In this document: positions 58,137 through 64,000 of the stretch, in pieces | Numbering within the stretch: the stretch's first letter is position 1 | How the letters are laid out: each line of letters opens with the position of its first letter | Assembly (NCBI GenBank): GCA_030648155.1 | Contig: JAUSIK010000016.1 | Coordinates: forward strand, 242,961-306,960 | DNA length: 64,000 nt | Origin: Nanobdellota archaeon | GTDB lineage: Archaea > Nanobdellota > Nanobdellia > Pacearchaeales > GW2011-AR1 | Direction: 5' to 3' | Notes under the pieces: model-generated | Databases searched by the model: none | The model's input: the letters and a program-made list of their open reading frames with translations, nothing else | What the model was told of the DNA's origin: nothing | Made by a program: the position numbers and the translations under genes

Positions 58137-59054
58137 ATGGTTCATAAAGATATTTTAGAGTATATAAGGGAGGGAATAAGTAGAGGATTTTCTATCGAAT
58201 TACTGAAAAGCAAACTTTTAGAAGAGGGTTTTAGTGAAGCTGATATAGACAAAGCTATACATTCATATCATTTTGGAGAGCATCGAGATTCATTTTCAAC
58301 CAAAGGAGGGAAAAAATGGATGGAAATATCTGGTGTAATTGGGATAATTATGATTGCGTTCAATATATTTTATTTAATGTCTATTTTTATTCCTTCAATA
58401 AGACAGGGAGTAGGGGTAATTTTTAGAAACAATTATGGCATTTACATTTTCTTTTTAATAATGCTCATCATTTCAACAGTTTATTACGTCGGGCTTATAA
58501 AATTAGGCAGAAAAACAAATTCTAAAATGATCAGTTTCTATGCGTGGGGTATGCTTATTTTGTTTATTGCGTTTATTGTTTTAATATTAGCCTCAGCTAC
58601 TTTAATTTATGGTTTTGGGGAAAATTTTGTAAGTGAAAAAATTGCTGGCTCACAAGGGTTGCCGAGAGACACAGATTCTCAATTCAACAGGGCAGGCTTT
58701 TACACTCTAATCGGAATTTACATTTCATTTGTTGCATTTTATTTAACAATTCAAATATTATTTTCCATTGGGCTGATAAAAATTAGAAAAATTGTAAAAT
58801 TCAGCAATATTGCAGGTATATTAAATTTAACGCAATTGGTATTAAGTATTGGAATTATTATTAGTTTTATTCTTTTTTTATATTTTAAACCGCTCTTTAT
58901 TATGGAAGTGGTATCTTATTATTTATTTACAGGAAAATTTAATCAAATACTTATTGTATTTTTATGCTTAATAGCAGGTATAAGTATTATAAAATTATTA
59001 AGTCAACTTTTCACTTCATTGGCATTATTTGATGCTTCTAAGAAGTTTGAGTAA
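58137..59054 (+). CDS. Polytopic membrane protein
   Basis: N-terminal YIREGISRGFS.E.LK.KL..EG helical domain plus about 6 TM helices. Confidence 0.7.
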   Translation: MVHKDILEYIREGISRGFSIELLKSKLLEEGFSEADIDKAIHSYHFGEHRDSFSTKGGKKWMEISGVIGIIMIAFNIFYLMSIFIPSIRQGVGVIFRNNYGIYIFFLIMLIISTVYYVGLIKLGRKTNSKMISFYAWGMLILFIAFIVLILASATLIYGFGENFVSEKIAGSQGLPRDTDSQFNRAGFYTLIGIYISFVAFYLTIQILFSIGLIKIRKIVKFSNIAGILNLTQLVLSIGIIISFILFLYFKPLFIMEVVSYYLFTGKFNQILIVFLCLIAGISIIKLLSQLFTSLALFDASKKFE

Positions 59055-59455
59055 AGTTTTTAATTTTATAGAGTTGCCACTAATTGCTTTTGATTAAAAA
59101 TTTATTTTAGAAAAAATATATCAAAAAGCAAAGAGGAAGGCAAATTCACCGATGTGATTATTTGAGATTTTATCTCAATGAGGCTATTAGTAGCTGCATG
59201 CTGAAATCCTCGTTGCCTTGGATCTTACACACCAGCTCTATCAACGTCATCTTCTTTGACGGCCTAAATTGTCTCGTCTTGCGGGTGGCTTCGTCCTTAG
59301 ATGCTTTCAGGGCTTATCCATCAGTGCGTAGCTGCCCAGCCTGCTTCATAACAACTGGTAAACCAGAGGCACCCGAGTACCGTTCCTCTCGTACTAGATA
59401 CTCGTTCCACTCAGACAATAACGCGCCTAGTAGATATCATACAAACTGTCTCGCG

Positions 59456-59839
59456 TACATAATCAAAACTTATTTATTTGTTTTGTGTGGACTATACCAT
59501 CACCCTTCAATCGAAGGGGATCAGCGTGTTACCTATTCTATTAAAGAATAAGTCTAGATTTTTTTGGAACTGACGGTTCCTATTCTCTTTTTTTAAGAGA
59601 AATCTCTAAGTCTCTACGGGGTCTTCAATATTATTGTAGACTTCCCTCGGGATCGCCATTTTATTTACAGTTAAAATAAAAAGGTTTCCCCGATATGAGC
59701 TGATTTAATTTTTCGTGCAATTACTCGCACGCAACGCCGCTTTTTTGCAGCTCTTGCGGTCAAACACGGAAATAAATTCCGCGTGAACTTCAACTTTTTC
59801 AAGTTTAAGTTTTGGTCAGGATGTGTTAGCGTATATTTA
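59456..59839 (-). other. Group I intron at 23S position L2593 (384 nt, no ORF)
   Basis: Interrupts GAACGU|CGCGAGACAG; IGS GCG-GCGUU pairs both exons; core CAUAUCGGGGAA, GUAGAGACU, UAUAGUCC. Confidence 0.88.
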
Positions 59840-60486
59840 ACGTTCTTAACCCAGCTAACGATCCCTTTTAATGCGTGAACTCCGACACCCTTGGTAGCCT
59901 GTGCACTACCAGGATAGGAAGAGCCGACAGCGATGTACCAAACCGCGCCGTCAATATGAGCTATCGGGCGCGACAAGCCTGTTATCCTTGGAGTACCTTT
60001 TCTGTCACACACGAGTCCTATTAAAAAACTACGTGGGGTCGCTGAACCCGACTTTCATCTCTGCATTCTTTGCTGTGCGAAATACAGTCAGACAAGCTTT
60101 TGCTTCTGCACTCATCACCAGATTTCCAACCTGGTTGAGCTTGTCATTGGGCCCTGCAGATATCTTTTCTGCAGGGTGCCGCCCCAGCCAAACTGCCCGC
60201 CTGCTGGTGTCCCCTCTCGGGTGAGCAACTTCAAGAAAAATGGGTAGTATTACAATGGTGCTCCATCATCTCCTGAAAGATGACTTCGACGCTCCTACCT
60301 ATGCTCTGCATTTCCCTTAAAGCTACAACAACAAGTTGCAGTAAAGGTTCACAAGGTCTCCGCTTCCCACTAGGCGTCATCGGCATTTTCACCGATCAAT
60401 AAGTTCAGAAGGACCTGGTTAGGGACAGTGACCACCTCATTAAACCATTCATGCACGTCGCCATTCAGACGACAAGGCATTACGCT

Positions 60487-60843
<357 letters not shown>

Positions 60844-62965
60844 CACGGGTCTTAGCTCCGTTGGAACAGAGTTTGAAACACCGCGACTGGGCAGGTCTCA
60901 CCGGTTATACTAGTCTTTTCAGATTTGCAACCGGCTACGTTTTTGATAAACAGTCGGGCGGTCCTTGTTACTGAGATCTACTGATGCCTATGATAAATCA
61001 AAGACACCTATAGACACCCCTTCTACCGAAGATACGGGGCCAATATGCCGAGTTCCCTTAACCAGTTTTTCCCTTTCACGTCTTAGCCTTCTCAGCTAGA
61101 GCATCAGTGTCGATTCTTGGTACGGCTTACTATTTTCTATACACAAAGTTTTCATGGACTCTAGGAGTCAGTAGGTACTCCCGGCGCGATTTTACTGCAT
61201 CTTAGCATTACGCTCCACAGTATTCGCACGCCGCATTCCTCTCGAAATGCTACTTATCCCTAAGCAAATTCGTGCACTGAACAAAAATAGCAAGTTCCGG
61301 AATATTAACCGGATGTCCTTTCGCCATACGCAGTTAAGATATGACTTAGGTACCGACTAACCCTTGGTTAAACGATAGTGCCAAGGAAACCTTGCTCTTT
61401 CGACGCTATCCATTCTCAGGATAATTTGATCTTACTAATACCACGATTATCATTACGCTCCGCTCCATTCTTTCTCTCGAAAAAACTTCTGCGCAGAACG
61501 CACGCCTGCCTACCAGAACATTCTTACGAATGCCTCTGAAGTATCGGTAATATACTTAGCCCCGTCCATTTTCCCCGCCTCTAACCTCGATAGGTGAGCT
61601 GTTACGCTTTCTTTAAATGATGGCTGCTTCTAAGCCTACATCCCTACTGTCTCAGGTTAAAGACCAGGTTTGTTACACTGAGTATATATTTTGGGACCTT
61701 AACTTCAGTCTCCCTTGTTCGGGTCTCGGAACAGTACCTTACGCACTGCCCCCCATTCCTGCTTTACGTCGCTAACAAGTTCTGAGTTGGAACGAGTTCC
61801 GTAGCCGTTAGGCTCTGCAAACGCAATCCGTACTATACCTCGTTAACAAACTAGGCAAGACTATACTGAGGCATATTTCGACAGGAACCAGCCATCGCCG
61901 AATTAGATAGGCTTTTCACCCCTACTCACAAGTCATCCAAGTGCATGCATACAACACTGGTTCGGACCTCCATTCTCCTTTCGGAGAACTTCATCCTGCT
62001 AACAAGTAGATCATCCGGCTTCGGGTCTCTCCCATGTGACTAACGCCCTTTCGGACTCGCTTTCGCTTTGGCTTCTAAATTTAACCTTGCCACATAGGAG
62101 AACTCCGTGGCTCGTTTTTCGAAACGCACGTTACAACTCTATAAAAGAGCCGTAACCAGCTGTGGCTACTAGATTTCAAGTCTTTTAACCCTCGACTAAG
62201 AGTACTTTTCAGCTTTCCCTCGCGGTACTAAGTTCGCTATCGGACTTGGATCAATATTTAGGGTTAGCTGTTAATCCAGCTATATTCGGACCTCCTATCT
62301 AGGGGGCCCTACTCTTTCAGAGAGCAGCATATTGTCTTCGAGTACGGGACTATCACCCTCTAAGGTGCCTCTTTCCAGAGAACTTTCCCTCGACAACTTA
62401 GCCACTGGCCTCCACCACATCTCTGCCGTCTTTTCAAACGGAGATTCAGTTTGCCCTATTCCCTTTTCGCTCGCTGCTATTGGGGGAATCACAATTGTTT
62501 TCTTTTCCTACCGGTACTAAGATGTTTCAATTCCCGGAGTATGCTTGCCTTTCGGCATTCTCTAATGAGAACGTTATCGCATTCGGAGATCTCGGGTTCA
62601 AAGGCCGCATGCGCCTAATCCGAGCTTTTCGCAGCTTGCCACGTCCTTTATCGCTATCCAAACCAAGCTATCCATCTAGTAGCTTTAATAATAAGATCAC
62701 TATCAGTGAATTTGCCTTCCTCCTCGCTTCATTGAATATAAAAAGAATTAAAGAGATTATTGACATCTAAATTAGATATCCTCTCTAATTCCTTGTATTA
62801 TTTATTTCTCTGCATGACCCAAAACTCAACGGTTATGAGCCAATGGCTTTTACGTCTTTTCCGACGAGATTTTTTAATTCATCCCTGAATTTCACTTACA
62901 GAGATTTGCATCTCTGTCCCATTCAACTCTTTCGAGCTGAAGGTTTGGTGAATATGATTTGTGAT

Positions 62966-63280
62966 TTAATCAAACAATCTGTTATGTTCTATTCTTAATC
63001 TTAAAGTTCTATTTGGATTTTTTTCCAATAATATAACTGCTAGTTGCTTTAATTCCGCTCTTTCATCATCTGTAATTCCTTCTCCTTCAGAAATCTCTTG
63101 GACATAATAATTTTTTCCCAACATAGGTATCATGTATCCAAATTCATCTGCATGACAGGCTGGTCCTGATGGAATATATCTTAACTCATAAGTTCCTTTA
63201 AAAGGGAGTCTTTCTTCTTGAGAAGTACGACTAGGAACTTCTGTTTTTCTTCCTAAACTCCCAATCATTGTTCTTGTCAT
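62966..63280 (-). CDS. Hypothetical protein inside the 16S-23S spacer
   Basis: 104 aa from ATG 63280 with GGAG upstream; protein-like composition. Confidence 0.55.
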   Translation of the reverse strand: MTRTMIGSLGRKTEVPSRTSQEERLPFKGTYELRYIPSGPACHADEFGYMIPMLGKNYYVQEISEGEGITDDERAELKQLAVILLEKNPNRTLRLRIEHNRLFD

Positions 63281-63332
63281 TTTATTTTCTCCATTAAATT
63301 TATTTGTAATCTCGACTCCACTTAGAAATAAG

Positions 63333-63420
63333 TGGACCCGGCGATGCCACAGAACCAGTTCCGTGGACAACATCAAACTCTTTCGAGTTTGAGTGAACTA
63401 GTTCTCGCCTTAGTCTTTAA
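63333..63420 (-). repeat. Structured element ending in a duplicate of the tRNA-Ala 3' end
   Basis: 12-nt direct repeat 63333..63344 = 63421..63432 enclosing three hairpins related to the tRNA-Phe element. Confidence 0.7.
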
Positions 63421-63491
63421 TGGACCCGGCGAGAATCGAACTCGCGACCCCCCGGTGCAAGCGGGGCGTTTTACCACTAGACTACAGGCCC
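63421..63491 (-). tRNA. tRNA-Ala (TGC) in the rRNA spacer
   Basis: GGGCCTGTAGTCTAGTGG...CCCCG-CTTGCAC-CGGGG...GTTCGATTCTCGCCGGGTCCA. Confidence 0.95.
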
Positions 63492-63711
63492 TTACTGAAC
63501 TTTCGTCTTGGTGGTTTATAAAGATTATTAGCAATCTTTATTCCATTCAACTTTTGAAAGTTGAAGTTATTATTCCTGATTGATTTGTCAAATATATTTG
63601 ACTTTTTAAATCAGGAATAAAAAGATTTACCTTCGGTAAATCCAAAATGTAACTGGGTATGCGAGCACCAAGATTGTAGTGCTCTCACCGAAATATATGT
63701 TTAATTAATTT

Positions 63712-64000
63712 AGGAGGTGATCCCACTGCAGGTTCCCCTACAGTGACCTTGTGACGACTTAACCTACCTTGTCTTACAAAGGTTCGTCCCTAACGGGCCT
63801 CGCCAAAGCAAAACTCGGTTGGTTTGACGGGCGGTGAGTGCAAGGAGCATTGACTTATTCACCGTTCGCTGATAACGAACGATTACTACCAATTCCAGCG
63901 TCATGAGGGTGGGTTGCAACCCTCAATCCGAACTAGGCTGCAGATTATGAGATTAGCTTCACCTTTCGGTGTTGCGACCCTTTGAATGCAGCATTGCCGC
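63712..64000 (-). rRNA. rrs: 16S rRNA, 3' part (continues beyond window)
   Basis: CACCGCCCGTCAAACC, AAGTCGTCACAAGG, anti-SD GATCACCTCCT. Confidence 0.97.

Overview
AT-rich chromosomal window from a DPANN archaeon, most likely Pacearchaeota. This is inferred from archaeal rpl31e/rpl39e/rps19e, Hjc, TrmY, Cbf5, a histone, archaeal RNase P RNA, a divergent 16S-tRNA(Ala)-23S operon and class II LysRS. In order, it holds: a surface-glycan/carbamoylation cluster (1-11.4 kb); secDF and tRNA-Gly; an accessory stretch where single genes sit between alternating inverted ~70-bp repeat sites; an S-layer-like dockerin protein; a cluster of large Cys-rich secreted proteins; housekeeping genes; a 7-gene AbrB-MoxR-VWA operon with four paralogues, two of which have C-termini with a DGR-type (AAY-derived) hypervariability pattern; a cbf5 gene split at its catalytic Asp codon by a perfect 27-nt bulge-helix-bulge intron and fused in frame to a LAGLIDADG ORF; ribosomal proteins; tRNA-Phe; RNase P RNA; and an rRNA operon whose 23S carries two group I introns (L1931; L2593, apparently ending in A) and whose spacer carries a protein ORF. 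Two tRNA genes are followed by a related structured ~90-bp element that ends in a copy of the tRNA 3' end. All calls come from reading motifs by eye; no searches were run.
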